Shown one piece after another: positions 40,134-55,060 of a DNA stretch of 64,000 bases. The stretch lies in contig CAWHDR010000001.1 in NCBI GenBank assembly GCA_963828165.1, positions 992,001 through 1,056,000 on the forward strand, written 5' to 3'. Under the pieces are notes generated by a model. The model made no database searches and was not told the DNA's origin. It saw only the letters and a list, made by a program, of their open reading frames with translations. The number at the start of each line of letters is the position of its first letter. Within the stretch, counting starts at the first letter, position 1. The translations under genes were made by a program, and so were the position numbers. The stretch comes from an uncultured Chloroflexia bacterium (GTDB lineage: Bacteria > Chloroflexota > Limnocylindria > Limnocylindrales > CSP1-4).

Positions 40134-42808
40134 GCGGCAGGCTCCCCGGACGCGGCCGGCTCCCCGTTCCGACGCCGGTTCTCCGGGTCGAACACGACCG
40201 AATCGACGATCTCCGCCTCGATGGCGCCCTCGACGAGCGGCGCCAAGACCCGCTGCCCGATCCGGTCACGGCCGCCCTTCACGAGCGCGAGCGCGAAGGT
40301 CCGGCCGAGCGCGGCACTCCGATACGACGACGTGACGTGGCCCAGCATCGGGACCGGTGCGGCGCCGAGGTCCGCGTCAGTGGCGACCAGCTGGGCGCCT
40401 TCGGGCAGGAGCACCTTAGGGTCCAGCGGCAGCAGGCCGACCAGCTGCTTCCGGTCCGCCCGGCTCGTGTCCGGACGCCTGTGCGACCGCCGGCCGATGA
40501 AGTCCTTCTTCGTGGAGACCGCCCACGACATGCCGAGGTCCTGCGGGGTGACCGTGCCATCGGTCTCCTGGCCGATGATCGGATAGCCCTTCTCCGCGCG
40601 CAGGACGTGCATGGTCTCGGTGCCGTACGGCGTGATCCCGAGTGGCTCGCCGGCGGCCATCACAGCTTCCCACAGCGCCAGGCCGTGCCAGGTCGGGACG
40701 TTGAGCTCGAACGACAGCTCGCCGGAGAACGAGATCCGGAACACGCGACCCGGCGTGCCCGCGATGATCGCCTCGCGCCAGGTCATGAACGGGAAGGCGT
40801 CGTTCGACACGTCGAGGTCCGGGCTGAGCGTCGCCGACGACCTCGCGAGCGCGCGGCCCCACGACCGCGACCGTCGTCCATTGCTCGGTGACGCTCGTCG
40901 CGTGGACGCGCAGCTCTGGCCATTCGGTCTGGAGCCACTCCTCGAGGTGGTCGAGGACGGCCGCCGCGTTGCCGGTCGTCGTCGTCATGTGGAACCGGTC
41001 CTCCGACAGCCGCGACGTCACGCCGTCGTCGAAGACCATCCCGTCCGGCGCGGCACATGAGCCCGTAGCGGCACGATCCCGACCTTGAGCGTGGAGAACA
41101 GGTTCGTGTAAACCCGATCCAGAAAGATCCCGGCGTCCGGACCCTGGATGTCGATCTTGCCGAGGGTCGTCGCGTCCATCACGGCAACGCCGGTCCGGGC
41201 GGCGGCGCACTCGCGCAGGACGGCCTCCTCCATCGATTCGCCGTCGCGCGGGAAGAAGCGCGGACGCTTCCACTGCCCGACGTCCTCGAAGACTGCGCCG
41301 TTCGCGACGTGCCACGACTGGATCGGGGTCGTCCGGACCGGGTCCGCCAGCGCTGGCGCCGCGGTCGCGGGCCGCGAGCTGCGCGAAGCTGACCGGCACG
41401 GTCGGCGGCCGGAACGTCGGCACGCCGACGGCTCCGACTTCCTGGCCCAGGATCGACGCCGCGATCGCGCTCGCGACGACGCCACCGCTGCGCCCCTGCT
41501 CGATGCCCGTGCCGATCGTCGTGTAGCGCTTGACGTGCTCGATCGATTCGAGGCCGGCGTCGAGCGCCCGCTGCAGGTCGCGCACGGTCGCGTCGCGGCC
41601 GAGGTCGACGTAGTGGGTCGACCACGCATCGACGGTCGCGGGCCCGGGTGGTGGCACGACCCAGGTCGGGCTGATCTCGCCGAGGCCCTCGATCTCGCCG
41701 GCGGCGGCACCGACCGCCTCGATCCGGCCCTGCGGACCGGGCTTGTCCGGGACGAAGGCCGCGATCCGCTCGTCGAACCGGAGCGTGCCCCGGGCGTGGG
41801 TCCAGAGCGCCACGTTCGGGTTCCAGCCGCCGGACACGAGCAGCAGGTCCGCTTCGACGTTCTCGTGATCGCCGCCGTCGCGCGCGATCGCCACGGCGGT
41901 CAGGCGGCCAGCGTCGTCGCCGACCGTGCCGACGACCGAGGTCGCCCACGCGAGCGTCGACGGTCGCGACGAGTTCGATCCCCGGCCTCCACGAGCGGCG
42001 GCGGCCACGGCATCCGTGGTCCCGTTGTTCGTGAAGATGACCGCTCGGTCGCCGGGGCGGACGCCGTACCGCTCCACGTAGGTCGCAGCCGCGCCGGCGA
42101 GCATGATCCCGGGACGGTCGTCGTCGGCGAAGACGATCGGCCGTTCCGTGGCGCCGGTCGCAACGACGATGCGCTCGGGCCGGATGTGCCACAGCCGTCC
42201 CTCGGTCGTCGGGGTCGGGTGGCGCTCCACGGCCGTCACGTAGCCGTGGTCGTAGATGCCGAGCGCGGTCATGCCGGCCCGCACGCCGTCGCCGGTCGCG
42301 ACTGGATCGGCGTCGATGAGCAGGACGCGGTCCTCGGGGTTGGACACCTGGGCGACGGCCGCGGCCCTGCGGCCGGACTCGCCCGCGCCGATGACCAGCA
42401 CCTCGCAATGGGCATGCCGGCTGTCGAACCGGCCGGGATCGTCGTCGTCCCGGCGGTGCTCGTCGCCGCGGCCGCCCGCCACCGGCTCCAGGCGTCCTCG
42501 GCCGGCCAGACTCGAGACGGCCAGGCCCTCCTCCAGCGTCACGGTCGTCGCGGGGAGCATCGGCTCGGAGGCACCGTCGGCCATCGGACCTGGACGAGCG
42601 CATTCGGCTCCTCCGGTCCGGCCGACATGATCCCGCGAGGCCGGTCGTGGTAGATGCTCCGCCCGACGACATCGACGCCGTTGGCCAGCAACGCCGAGGC
42701 GACGGTGTCGCCCGCGTAACCCGTCAACGTCCGTCCGTCGAACTCGAAGGCGACCGTGGTCGATCGGTCGATGTGGATGCCGCCCGTCGGCAGGCGCGAA
42801 GCCGTCAC
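40130..42808 (-). CDS. soxA: Sarcosine oxidase alpha subunit, frameshifted in this sequence
   Basis: Segments in alternating frames: [49 protein letters not shown]. Shifts near 42580, 41950-42000, 41360, 41050-41080 and 40830. Confidence 0.85.
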
Positions 42809-43054
42809 CGGCCGCCCCCGAACTGCGTTGGTGAGCGTGTCGCGAGTGATGTCGAACCAGCGCCGGCAGCCGGCCGTGTGGACCCAGCGCTCGCGCAACG
42901 CCCCCTTGGGGTTGTCGCGCAGGAACAGGTAGTCGACCCACTGCGCGTCGGTGAGAGCGTCGGGGTCCTCCGGGTAGGCGATGCCGGCCTGGCCGCCGTA
43001 TCTGAACTCGGTCTCGTCACGGGGCCCGCAGTGGGGGCACGGGATCAGCAGCAT
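42805..43054 (-). CDS. soxD: Sarcosine oxidase delta subunit (3' end frameshifted)
   Basis: IPCPHCGPRDETEF, RDNPKG, WVHTAGCRRWF. Confidence 0.88.
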
Positions 43055-43172
43055 GAGCGCGAAGTATGCCGCGTCGAGGTCGACCGGCGGAATGCGCGTC
43101 AGGGAGCGTTATCGAAGCAGGTCGTCCCTGCCGAGTGGGCCATCACCGGTGCGCGCCGGCCGGTTCCGCCCA

Positions 43173-44399
43173 TCAGTGCGCCACCGCGGCGGCGCCATGC
43201 TCGTCGATCAGGGCGCCGGTCTCGAAGCGCTCGAGCGCGAACGGCCGGTTGAGCTCGTGCGGCTCGTCGTTGGCGACGGTATGGGCGAGGACCCAGCCGC
43301 TGGCCGGGGTGGCCTTGAACCCGCCGGTGCCCCAGCCGCAGTCCAGGTACAGGCCGTCGATCGGGGTCTTCGAGACGATCGGCGAGGCGTCCGGCGACAC
43401 GTCGACGATGCCGCCCCAGGTCCGCAGCACGTGCGCCCGCGAGAAGATCGGGAAGAGCTCGAGGGCCGCAGCCATCTGGTGCTCGATGATGTGGAACGCG
43501 CCGCGCTGGCCGTAGCCGTTGTAGCTGTCGATGCCGGCGCCCAGGACCAGCTCGCCCTTGTGCGCCTGGCTGACGTAGACGTGGACCGCGTTCGACATGA
43601 CGACGGTCGGGTGGATCGGCTCGAGGAGCTCCGAGACGAGGGCCTGCAGCGGGTGGCTCTGGAGCGGGAGTCGGATGCCGGCCATCGCCGCCACGATGCT
43701 CGCATGGCCGGCCGCGACGATGGCGACCTTGCCGGCGCGGATCGCGCCGCGTGATGTCTGGAGACCGGTGACGCGGCCGTCTTCGATGTCGATCGCGGTC
43801 ACCTCGGCGCCTTCGATCATGTCGACGCCGAGGCTGTCGGCGGCGCGCGCGTAGCCCCACGCGACGTGGTCGTGCTTGGCGATCCCGCCCCGCGCCTGGT
43901 AGGTCGCGCCCAGGACCGGGTAGCGGACGTCGGGCGAGACGTTGACGATCGGGCAGAGGCGCTTGACGTCCTCGGGCCTGAGCCACTCGGCATCGATGCC
44001 GTTGAGTCGGTTCGCGTAGACCCGTCGCATGCCCTCGCGGACGTCGCCCAGGTTGTGGGCCAGGTTCATGACGCCGCGCTGGCTGAAGAGCAGGTCGTAG
44101 TCGAGCTCCTCGGGGAGCGTCTCCCAGAGCTTGAGGGCGTGCTCGTAGATGGCGGCGCTCTCGTCCCACAGGTAGTTGCTGCGGATGATCGCGGTGTTGC
44201 GGGCCATGTTCCCGCCGGCCAGCCAGCCTCGCTCCACGACCGCCACGTTCGTGATCCCGTGGTTCTTCGCGAGGTAGTAGGCGGCGGCGAGGCCGTGTCC
44301 GCCGCCGCCGATGATCACGACGTCGTAGGAGGGCTTTGGGTCGGGGTGACGCCAGAGCCGGTCGGGGTGCTCGGGGAGATGCGGGCTGACGACACTCAC
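43173..44399 (-). CDS. soxB: Sarcosine oxidase beta subunit
   Basis: [38 protein letters not shown]. Confidence 0.95.
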   Translation of the reverse strand: MSVVSPHLPEHPDRLWRHPDPKPSYDVVIIGGGGHGLAAAYYLAKNHGITNVAVVERGWLAGGNMARNTAIIRSNYLWDESAAIYEHALKLWETLPEELDYDLLFSQRGVMNLAHNLGDVREGMRRVYANRLNGIDAEWLRPEDVKRLCPIVNVSPDVRYPVLGATYQARGGIAKHDHVAWGYARAADSLGVDMIEGAEVTAIDIEDGRVTGLQTSRGAIRAGKVAIVAAGHASIVAAMAGIRLPLQSHPLQALVSELLEPIHPTVVMSNAVHVYVSQAHKGELVLGAGIDSYNGYGQRGAFHIIEHQMAAALELFPIFSRAHVLRTWGGIVDVSPDASPIVSKTPIDGLYLDCGWGTGGFKATPASGWVLAHTVANDEPHELNRPFALERFETGALIDEHGAAAVAH

Positions 44400-44509
44400 G
44401 GGGCTGAGACTACGACACTCCCCGCGTGATGCAACGCGCCTTGACCCGACTGCGACCCGCCTTCATCCTCGATCGCTCCGACAGTAGCCGCGCGAGCTTG
44501 AGGGATCCC

Positions 44510-45983
44510 GTGCCGAGCCTGTTCATCGACGGTCAGTGGGTCGAGTCCGGCGATGGCACGTGTAGCCCGGTCGTCAATCCGTCCGACGGCAGCGTCGTCA
44601 CCGAGGTCGATGTCGCCACCGACGCGCAGGTCCAGGAGGCCATCGCCGCCGCTCGCCGCGCCTTCGATGCGACCGATTGGCCGCGCACCCCCATCGCGGA
44701 GCGAGCCGCGCTCCTCGTTCGCGTCGCCGACCTCATCGACCGCGACCTCGAGGAACTCGCCGTCGAGGAGACGCAGAACACGGGCAAGGCCATGCGCGAG
44801 AGCCGCTGGGACATGGCCGACGTCGCGAAGGTCTTCCGCTACTACGCCAAGCTCGCGGGCGAGGAGGCCGACGGCCGTTCGGTCGACGCCGGCACCCCGG
44901 ACGCGATCAGCCGCATCGTTCGCGAGCCCGTCGGCGTGTGCGCGCTCATCGCGCCGTGGAACTACCCGCTCCTTCAGCTCAGTTGGAAGATCGCCCCGGC
45001 CCTCGCCGCGGGCAACACCGCGGTCATGAAGCCAGCCCAGGTCACGCCGCTCAGTGCGATCCACCTCACGAGGCTCCTCGACGAGGCCGGCACGCCGCCT
45101 GGCGTCGTCAACCTGGTCCTGGGCCCAGGTGGTCGCGTCGGGCAGGCCCTCGCTGACTCCCCCGACGTGGACTTGATCTCGCTCACTGGCGGCATCGAAG
45201 CCGGCCGTCAACTCCTCAAAGGCGCCGCGGTCAACATCAAACGCGTCGCCCTGGAGCTCGGCGGCAAGAGCCCGAACATCGTGTTCGCCGACGCCGATTT
45301 CGAGACCGCCGTGGACAACGCCCTGACCGCCGCGTTCGTCCACTCCGGCCAGGTCTGCAGCGCGGGCTGCCGGGCGATCGTCGAGGACGCCATCTACGAC
45401 CGGTTCGTCGAGGAGATCGGCCGGCGCGCCGACCTGATCCGCCTCGGCCACGGCAGCGACGAGGCGACCGAGGCCGGCGCGCTGATCTCGGCGGAGCACC
45501 GCGACAAGGTCGAGCGCTACGTCCGCGGCGCCATCGACGAAGGCGCTCGCCTCGTCGCCGGCGGTCGCCGCCCCGACGAGCCCCACCTCCAGCAAGGCTT
45601 CTTCTATCGCCCCACGGTCTTCGCCGACGTCAGCCGCGACATGCGCATCATCCGCGAGGAGGTCTTCGGCCCGGTCCTGACCATCGAGCGCTTCACGACC
45701 GAGGACCAGGCGATCGAGCTCGGGAACGACACGACCTACGGGCTCGCCGGCGCCGTCTGGACCGCAGACGCCGGCCCGCGGCGCAGCGCGTCGCTCGGCG
45801 ACTTCGCCACGGGACGATCTGGATCAACGACTACAACACCTACATCCCCAAGCCGAGTGGGGCGGCTTCAAGCGATCCGGCATCGGTCGGGAACTTGGCC
45901 CGAGCGGTCTGGACGAGTACCGTGAGGCGAAACACATCTGGCAGAACACGGACCCGGCACCGACGGGGTGGTTCGGCGGGTGA
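44510..45983 (+). CDS. betB: Aldehyde dehydrogenase, probably betaine-aldehyde dehydrogenase (two frameshifts near the 3' end)
   Basis: [28 protein letters not shown]. The C-terminal WGGFK..GRELG..KHIW lies in shifted frames (about 45775 and 45850). Substrate inferred from context. Confidence 0.75.
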
Positions 45984-46023
45984 CCCGCGGGGGCCAGGGG
46001 CCGACCAGAGGGGTGAGGTGAGC

Positions 46024-47202
46024 GTGACCGCGACGATCGAGGGACCCACTCGGGAAGGCGGGACCGCGACGCCGACCCTCGCCGTCCGGAACCTGTGGAA
46101 GGTCTTCGGCCCGGCCGAGCACAAGACCATCGGCACGCCCGATGCCGACCTGTCGCGCGACGAGCTGCGGCGCAAGACCGGCTCGACGATCGCGCTGCGC
46201 GATGTGACCTTCGACGTCCGGCCGGGCGAAGTCTGCGTGGTCATGGGCCTGTCGGGCAGCGGCAAGTCGACGCTCGTTCGCTGCATCACCCGGCTCATCG
46301 AGCCGACGGCGGGCGAGGTGCTCCTCGACGGCGACGACATCCTCAAGGTCGACCAGGCGCGCCTCCGCGAGCTCCGTCGCCGCCGCTTCAGCATGGTCTT
46401 CCAGCACTTCGGTCTGCTGCCCCATCGCAAGGTCATCGACAACGTGGCCTACGGCCTCGAGGTCCGCGGCGAGCCACGCTCGACGCGAGAGGAGCGCGCG
46501 CGCCAGATGATCGATCTCGTCGGGCTGCAGGGCCACGCGGAGAGCTACCCGGACCAGCTGTCGGGCGGCATGCAGCAGCGGGTCGGCCTGGCGCGGGCGC
46601 TGGCCGTCGACCCCGAGGTGATGTTCTTCGACGAGCCGTTCAGCGCGCTCGACCCACTGATCCGGCGCGACATGCAGAACGAGGTCCTGCGGCTCCACCA
46701 CGAAGTCGGCAAGACGATGGTGTTCATCACCCACGACCTCGCCGAGGCCCTCAAGCTGGGCGACCACATCGTGATCATGCGCGACGGCAAGGTCGTGCAG
46801 ATCGGCCGGCCGGAGGAGGTCGTGGGCGCCCCGGCGGACGAGTACGTCGCGGACTTCGTGAGCGACGTCCCGCGCAGCCACGTGCTCACGCTGCGCTGGA
46901 TCATGCGTCCGCTCGAGGCGACCGATCCCACGGACGGCCCGGAGTTCGACGCCTCGTCGGTGATCCGCAACTGCCTCGAGGTCGCCGCCAGCACGGAAAA
47001 GCCGATCCGCGTGACACAGGACGGGAAGCTCGTTGGGGTGGTCGACCGCGCCAGGATCCTCGCCGCCGTGGCGGACACCATCGGCGACCGACTGCTCGGC
47101 AAGATGGCCGGCGGCCGGTTCGTGCCCGCCCCCGCGGCCAGTGCCGGCAACCCGGCTGCCGACGTCGCGGCCGCAGGCTCCGGAGGTCCCTTCACGGGAT
47201 GA
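46024..47202 (+). CDS. Glycine betaine/proline ABC transporter ATPase (ProV/OpuAA)
   Basis: [43 protein letters not shown]. Confidence 0.92.
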   Translation: MTATIEGPTREGGTATPTLAVRNLWKVFGPAEHKTIGTPDADLSRDELRRKTGSTIALRDVTFDVRPGEVCVVMGLSGSGKSTLVRCITRLIEPTAGEVLLDGDDILKVDQARLRELRRRRFSMVFQHFGLLPHRKVIDNVAYGLEVRGEPRSTREERARQMIDLVGLQGHAESYPDQLSGGMQQRVGLARALAVDPEVMFFDEPFSALDPLIRRDMQNEVLRLHHEVGKTMVFITHDLAEALKLGDHIVIMRDGKVVQIGRPEEVVGAPADEYVADFVSDVPRSHVLTLRWIMRPLEATDPTDGPEFDASSVIRNCLEVAASTEKPIRVTQDGKLVGVVDRARILAAVADTIGDRLLGKMAGGRFVPAPAASAGNPAADVAAAGSGGPFTG

Positions 47203-49136
47203 CCGCGATCACGGCCCCGTTCGCGGCGCGCTTCGAGTCGAAGACCGGGCGCCGCCTGCTCCTGCTGATCGGCGTCGTCGTGGCCGTCCTGCTGTATCTC
47301 CTGTTCCAAGGCCAGGGAACGCTGCCGCACGACGAGGCCTATCCCCTGTTCAACACGCTCAACGACGTGCGGGAATGGATCGAGCAGAACCGGAACTCGA
47401 TCGTCATCTTCGCGGTCATCCGGGCCGGCATCGGTGGGCTGGTCGGCGCGATCGAGGGATTGCTGGCCGGTCTCGGCTGGCCGGGCGTGATCGCCCTCGC
47501 GGGCGGTCTCGGACTCATCTTCGGCGGCTGGCGGCTCGCGCTCGTTGGCGCGTCCGGGTTCGCGGCGATCGGTCTCCTGGGCCTGTGGGTATCGGGGATG
47601 GCGACGCTCGCGCAGATGCTGGCCGCCGTGCTCATCGCACTGCTCATCGGGATCCCGCTCGGGATCGTCGCCGGTCGCAGTCCGCGCTTCGCGTCGGCCG
47701 TTGGGCCCGTGCTCGACGCCATGCAGATCATGCCCACGATGGCGTACCTGGGCCCGATGACGCTGCTCTTCGGCATCGGCGTGCCACCGGGGACGATCGC
47801 AACCCTGATCTACGCGATCCCGCCCGCCATCCGCATCACGGCGCTGGGCATCCGGGGCGTGCCGAAGGCGACCATGGAAGCCGCCGAATCCCAGGGCTCG
47901 ACCCGCTGGCAGACGCTATCGAAGGTCCAACTGCCGCTCGCCCGGCGAACCATCGGCATCGGCGTGAACCAGACCATCATGATGGCGCTCTCGATGGTCG
48001 TGATCACCGCGCTCATCGGCGCGCCAGGACTCGGTGTCGACGTCCTGCGAGCGCTCCAGTCGGTGAACGTCGGATCGGCGTTCCAGGCCGGCCTCGCGAT
48101 CGTGATCCTGGCCATCGTCCTGGACCGCCTGACGGACCGGGCCGGGGAGTGGATGGACCCGCGCTTCCGCCGGGCCGGGGAGACGGCTCGCCAGCGTCGG
48201 ATCGTCGCCGGGATCGCCGCGCTGATCCTCGTGCTGGCCGTCGCGTACGCGCGGACCCTCGCCGACCCCACGGCGTTCCCGGAGAACGTCTTCATCGACT
48301 TCCGCGACCCGGTCAACGACGTCGTCGGCTGGATCAAGTCCAACCTGGTGGGCGCGACCAACGCGATCAAGGATGCCTTCTCGTTCGGCGTGCTGAACCC
48401 CCTTCAAGGGGTCCTGACGAAGGCGCCGTGGCTGCTGGTGGTCGCGGTCGTCTTCGGCGGCGCCTGGTACATCTCGGGCGTGCGTGCGGCGATCGTCGCC
48501 AGCGTGTGCCTGCTGCTGGCCGCGGGACTTGGCCTCTGGGAGCACGGCATGGAGACGTTGGCCAGCGTGCTCGTCGCCACCGCGCTGACCTTGATCCTGG
48601 GCGTGGCGATCGGGATCGTCTCTGCGCGGAACGACCCATTCCGCTCGATCATCCGGCCGTTCCTCGACGCGGCCCAGACGCTGCCCGCATTCGTCTACCT
48701 GATCCCCGCGGTCGCCCTGTTCTCGGTGGGGCGCTTCACGGCGATCGCCGCGGCCGTCATCTACGCCGTCCCCCCGGTCATCCGGCTCGTGGACGCCGGG
48801 ATCCGCTCCGTCTCGCCGACCGTGATGGAGGCGGCGCGCTCCGCCGGCTCGACCGAGCGCCAGTTGCTCTGGAAGGTCCAGCTGCCACTCTCGCGGGGGG
48901 CGCTGCTCCTCGCCGCGAACCAGGGCATCGTCATGGTCCTCGCGATGGTCGTCGTCGGCGCCCTCGTCGGCGCCGGCGCGCTCGGGTTCGACGTCATCTC
49001 CGGGTTCACCCAGCGCGAAGACTTCGGCAAGGGGCTGGCTGCCGGCATCGTGATCGTCCTGCTGGGCATCATGCTCGATCGGATCACCCAGGGCGCGGGA
49101 GGGCGCCCATCGACGGGTGCGGCCCGCGCGGGATAG
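47199..49136 (+). CDS. Glycine betaine ABC permease with two fused ProW domains
   Basis: Two repeats: [18 protein letters not shown] and [17 protein letters not shown]. Confidence 0.9.
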   Translation: MTAITAPFAARFESKTGRRLLLLIGVVVAVLLYLLFQGQGTLPHDEAYPLFNTLNDVREWIEQNRNSIVIFAVIRAGIGGLVGAIEGLLAGLGWPGVIALAGGLGLIFGGWRLALVGASGFAAIGLLGLWVSGMATLAQMLAAVLIALLIGIPLGIVAGRSPRFASAVGPVLDAMQIMPTMAYLGPMTLLFGIGVPPGTIATLIYAIPPAIRITALGIRGVPKATMEAAESQGSTRWQTLSKVQLPLARRTIGIGVNQTIMMALSMVVITALIGAPGLGVDVLRALQSVNVGSAFQAGLAIVILAIVLDRLTDRAGEWMDPRFRRAGETARQRRIVAGIAALILVLAVAYARTLADPTAFPENVFIDFRDPVNDVVGWIKSNLVGATNAIKDAFSFGVLNPLQGVLTKAPWLLVVAVVFGGAWYISGVRAAIVASVCLLLAAGLGLWEHGMETLASVLVATALTLILGVAIGIVSARNDPFRSIIRPFLDAAQTLPAFVYLIPAVALFSVGRFTAIAAAVIYAVPPVIRLVDAGIRSVSPTVMEAARSAGSTERQLLWKVQLPLSRGALLLAANQGIVMVLAMVVVGALVGAGALGFDVISGFTQREDFGKGLAAGIVIVLLGIMLDRITQGAGGRPSTGAARAG

Positions 49137-49178
49137 CATTCGGCACCGCCGCGGTTGTGGCGTAGAGGAGGAACACGA

Positions 49179-50171
49179 ATGCAGCGAAGTCTTCTGGCCC
49201 GGCTGACCACGTCGGTCGCCGTCCTGGCCCTCGTCCTCGGCGCCTGCGGCCCGACCGGCGGCAGCGCCGCCCCGAGCGGACCCGCCGCCACGGGTGCCGC
49301 GCCGAGCGGCTCCGCAGCCGGTGGCGCGAAGGGCACCGTCAGGATCGCCATCAATCCGTGGGTCGGCGCCGAGGCCAACGTGGCCGTCGTCAAGAGCCTG
49401 CTCGAGGACAAGCTCGGCTACACCGTCACGGCGACGCCGTTGGCCGAAGAAGTCGCCTGGCCGGGCTTCGAGACGGGCGAGATCGACGTCATCCTGGAGA
49501 ACTGGGGTCACCCCGACCTCGAGAAGAAGTACATCACCGACAAGGGCGTCGCGCAGGACGCCGGCCTCAACGGCGTCGACGGGATCATCGGCTGGTACGT
49601 CCCGGAGTGGATGGCCACGCAGTACCCGGACATCGTCGACTCGGAAAATCTCAACAAGTACGCGGAGCTGTTCAAGACGTCCGAGTCGGGCGAGCAGGGC
49701 CAGTTCCTCGGCAGCGACCCGACGTTCGTGACGAACGACGAGGCCCTCATCAAGAACCTCGACCTGAACTTCAAGGTCGTGTTCTCCGGCAGCGAGGCAG
49801 CCACGATCACCGCGTTCCAGCAGGCCACCGAGCAGAAGACGCCGCTCATCGGCTACTTCTACGACCCGCAGTGGCTGCACAGCAAGATCAAGCTGGTCAA
49901 GGTCAACCTGCCGGCCTGGACCGAGGGCTGCGACGCCGACCCGAACACCGTGGCCTGCGACTACCCGCTCTACAAGCTCAATAAGATCGCCGCCACGACC
50001 TTCGCGGAGAACGGCGGCGACGCCGCCACGCTGGTCAAGAACTTCAGCTGGACCAACGAGGACCAGAACCTCGTCGCGGACTACATCACCAACCAGTCGA
50101 TGAGCGCGGACGAGGCGGGCGACAAGTGGGTCGCCGAGAACGAGGCCAAGTGGTCGGCCTGGATGCCGTGA
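49179..50171 (+). CDS. Glycine betaine/choline ABC substrate-binding lipoprotein (ProX/OpuAC)
   Basis: Lipobox LGAC, then NPWVG, LENW, GWYVP, YFYDPQW. Confidence 0.88.
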   Translation: MQRSLLARLTTSVAVLALVLGACGPTGGSAAPSGPAATGAAPSGSAAGGAKGTVRIAINPWVGAEANVAVVKSLLEDKLGYTVTATPLAEEVAWPGFETGEIDVILENWGHPDLEKKYITDKGVAQDAGLNGVDGIIGWYVPEWMATQYPDIVDSENLNKYAELFKTSESGEQGQFLGSDPTFVTNDEALIKNLDLNFKVVFSGSEAATITAFQQATEQKTPLIGYFYDPQWLHSKIKLVKVNLPAWTEGCDADPNTVACDYPLYKLNKIAATTFAENGGDAATLVKNFSWTNEDQNLVADYITNQSMSADEAGDKWVAENEAKWSAWMP

Positions 50172-50201
50172 TCGGGCACCACGCCCGAACCTGAACCCCA
50201 A

Positions 50202-50231
50202 GGGGTCGGCGATCGCCCGGTCGCCGGCCCC
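50202..50231 (+). other. Intra-operon stem-loop after the substrate-binding gene
   Basis: GGGGTCGGCGA...TCGCCGGCCCC, an 11-bp stem with one G-U pair and no long U tail. Confidence 0.5.
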
Positions 50232-50257
50232 GTTCCTGTCCCTCGAGGAGAACCGTC

Positions 50258-52722
<2,465 letters not shown>

Positions 52723-52789
52723 CCGCTCCGCGGAGTCACATGGGGACGTCGTGGCGGACATTCGCCGTTGACGAACTCATCACATCGTC

Positions 52790-52818
52790 TTGACGGCAGC
52801 GGGTCCGCGGAGTGGAAT
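52790..52818 (+). promoter_or_regulatory. Sigma70-like promoter for the second ABC operon
   Basis: TTGACG, 17 bp, TGGAAT. Confidence 0.45.
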
Positions 52819-52932
52819 GCACCGGACACCGATACACAGGCCAACCCGGCCGTCCGTCGGGGGTTGGTGGGCCGCGGAGGGGCCCGGCCGGCAATGAACG
52901 CTGAGTCCACAGTGCCACTGGAGGAGAATCCC

Positions 52933-54121
52933 TTGTCCAAGAACCGCACCCTGACCCGCTGGTCGGGTCTGCTTGCAGCATCGGCGATCCTGGTCGCCGC
53001 CTGCACCACCCCTGCCGGCTCTGCCGCTCCGTCGGCCGCGTCGGTAGCACCGCCCGGCTCCGCCGCGCCATCGGCCGCCGGCTCGGCCGCGGCGTCCGCC
53101 GGCACGGGTGCGTCAGCTGAGCTCATCGCGGCGGCCCAGGCCGAGGGCGGTCTCACCACCATCGCCCTGCCGCACACCTGGTGCAACTACGGCGAGATGC
53201 TGACCAGCTTCACCACGAAGTACAACATCCCGATCAACGAGCTCAACCCGGATGGCAGCTCCGCGGAAGAGATCGAAGCCATCGTGGCCAACAAGGACAA
53301 CCCGGGTCCGCAGGCTCCCGACGTGATCGACATCGGGCTCGGCCTCGCGCCGCAGGCCGTGACGGACGGGCTCCTGCAGCCGTACAAGGTCTCGACCTGG
53401 GACACCATCCCGGAAACCGCCAAGGACCCGGACGGTAACTGGTACGGCGACTACTACGGCGTCCTGGCGTTCGAGACGAACACCGCTGTCGTCAAGAACG
53501 TCCCCAAGGACTGGGCCGACCTGCTCAAGCCCGAGTACAAGTCACAGGTCGCCCTCTCCGGCGATCCGACACAGAGCAACCAGGCCATCTCCGGCGTCTG
53601 GGCCGCTGCCCTCGCGAGCGGCGGGTCGCATCGACAACGTGCAGCCCGGCCTCGACTTCTTCAAGCAGCTGAACGATGCCGGGAACTTCGTCCCGGTCAT
53701 CGCCGGAGCCGCGACCGTCGCATCCGGTGAGACCCCGGTCCGCATCACGTGGACCTACAACGGGCTCGCCGACAAGGACACGCTGGCCGGTAATCCGCCG
53801 GTCGAGGTCGCCGTGCCGACATCCGGTCGATTCGGCGGCATGTACGTCCAGGCCATCAGCAAGTACGCCCCCCATCCGAACGCCGCGAAGCTGTGGATGG
53901 AGCACCTCTACTCCGATGAGGGCCAGCTCATCTGGCTGAAGGGCTACTGCAACCCCATCCGCTACGACGATCTCGTCGCGCGGGACGCCGTTCCGGCCGA
54001 TCTGGCGGCGAAGCTGCCCGACTCCACCGGTGCGGTCCTGCCGACCCTCGACCAGATCGAAGCCGCGACCACCGCCATCACCGCCGGGTGGCCGACCACG
54101 GTCGGCGTCACGGTCCAGTAG
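52933..54121 (+). CDS. ABC substrate-binding lipoprotein (PotD/AfuA-like), one frameshift near 53628
   Basis: GGAGGAG RBS and TTG start; lipobox VAAC; TIALPHTWCNYG; continues as APHPNAAKLW in the next frame. Confidence 0.8.
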
Positions 54122-54160
54122 GCCCGTCGTCGACGGACCGCATCAGATCCGCCTCGAGCG

Positions 54161-55060
54161 GTGACTGACACCGCGCTGGCGCGAAACGCCCAGGGTGTGC
54201 CAACGGCGCGCCCTGGGCGCCGTTTCTCCCTGACCTGGCTCGGCCTGGTCCCGTTCCTCGTCTTCTCCACCCTGTTCCTGTTGATCCCGACGGCGTACCT
54301 CGTCGTCGGGAGCTTCATCGATTCGTCGACCGGGCAGGTCACGGTCCAGAACTACGCCCGCCTGACCGAGGGGCTCCAGCTCAACGCCTACCTGACCAGC
54401 ATCGAGATCAGCTTCGTCACGGCGTTGGCCGGCGGCATCTTCGGGTTCCTCATGGCGTACTCGGTGATCTCCGGCGGCCCGCGACGGCTGCGTGGTCCGC
54501 TGATGACGTTCTCGGGGGTCGCATCGAACTTCGCCGGCATCCCGCTGGCGCTCGCGTTCGTTTTCACGATCGGGCGGACCGGGCTCCTCACGGCCTTCCT
54601 CGGCAGCCTCGGTATCAACCCATACGAGAGCGGATTCACGATCTACTCGAAGCTGGGCCTCGAGATCGTCTACCTGTACTTCCAGCTGCCGCTGATGATC
54701 CTCATCATCGCCCCAGCCATCGATGGCCTGAAGCGCGAGTGGCGCGAAGCGTCGGAGAACATGGGGGCGACGACCTTCCAGTTCTGGCGCTACGTCGCGT
54801 TGCCGATCCTCATGCCGTCGCTGCTCGGCTCGATGATCCTGCTGTTCGGGAACGCATTCGGTGCCCAGGCGACGGCCTACCAGCTGACCGGTGGCTTCAT
54901 CAACCTCGTGACGATCCTCATCGGCAACCAGCTCACCGGTGACGTCCTCCACAACAAGGGCGCCGGGTACGCGCTGGCGATGGGGATGGTCGGGATCCTC
55001 GGCATCACGCTCCTCGCCTACCAGTTCCTGCAGCGGCGTTCGGAGCGCTGGCTCCGATGA
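54161..55060 (+). CDS. ABC permease (PotB-like)
   Basis: Hydrophobic; EASENMGA EAA loop. Confidence 0.88.
   Translation: MTDTALARNAQGVPTARPGRRFSLTWLGLVPFLVFSTLFLLIPTAYLVVGSFIDSSTGQVTVQNYARLTEGLQLNAYLTSIEISFVTALAGGIFGFLMAYSVISGGPRRLRGPLMTFSGVASNFAGIPLALAFVFTIGRTGLLTAFLGSLGINPYESGFTIYSKLGLEIVYLYFQLPLMILIIAPAIDGLKREWREASENMGATTFQFWRYVALPILMPSLLGSMILLFGNAFGAQATAYQLTGGFINLVTILIGNQLTGDVLHNKGAGYALAMGMVGILGITLLAYQFLQRRSERWLR

Noticed and set aside
40130-42808. Programmed ribosomal frameshifting in soxA or the DMG oxidase
   Set aside because: There are too many shifts, I saw no slippery heptamers, and unrelated genes show the same pattern.
42539-43054. Apparent SoxD-SoxA N-terminal fusion ORF
   Set aside because: A GTGA stop/start overlap at 42805-42808 lies one frame off, next to a G-run, in a region full of indels. 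A single-base error explains it better than a real fusion.
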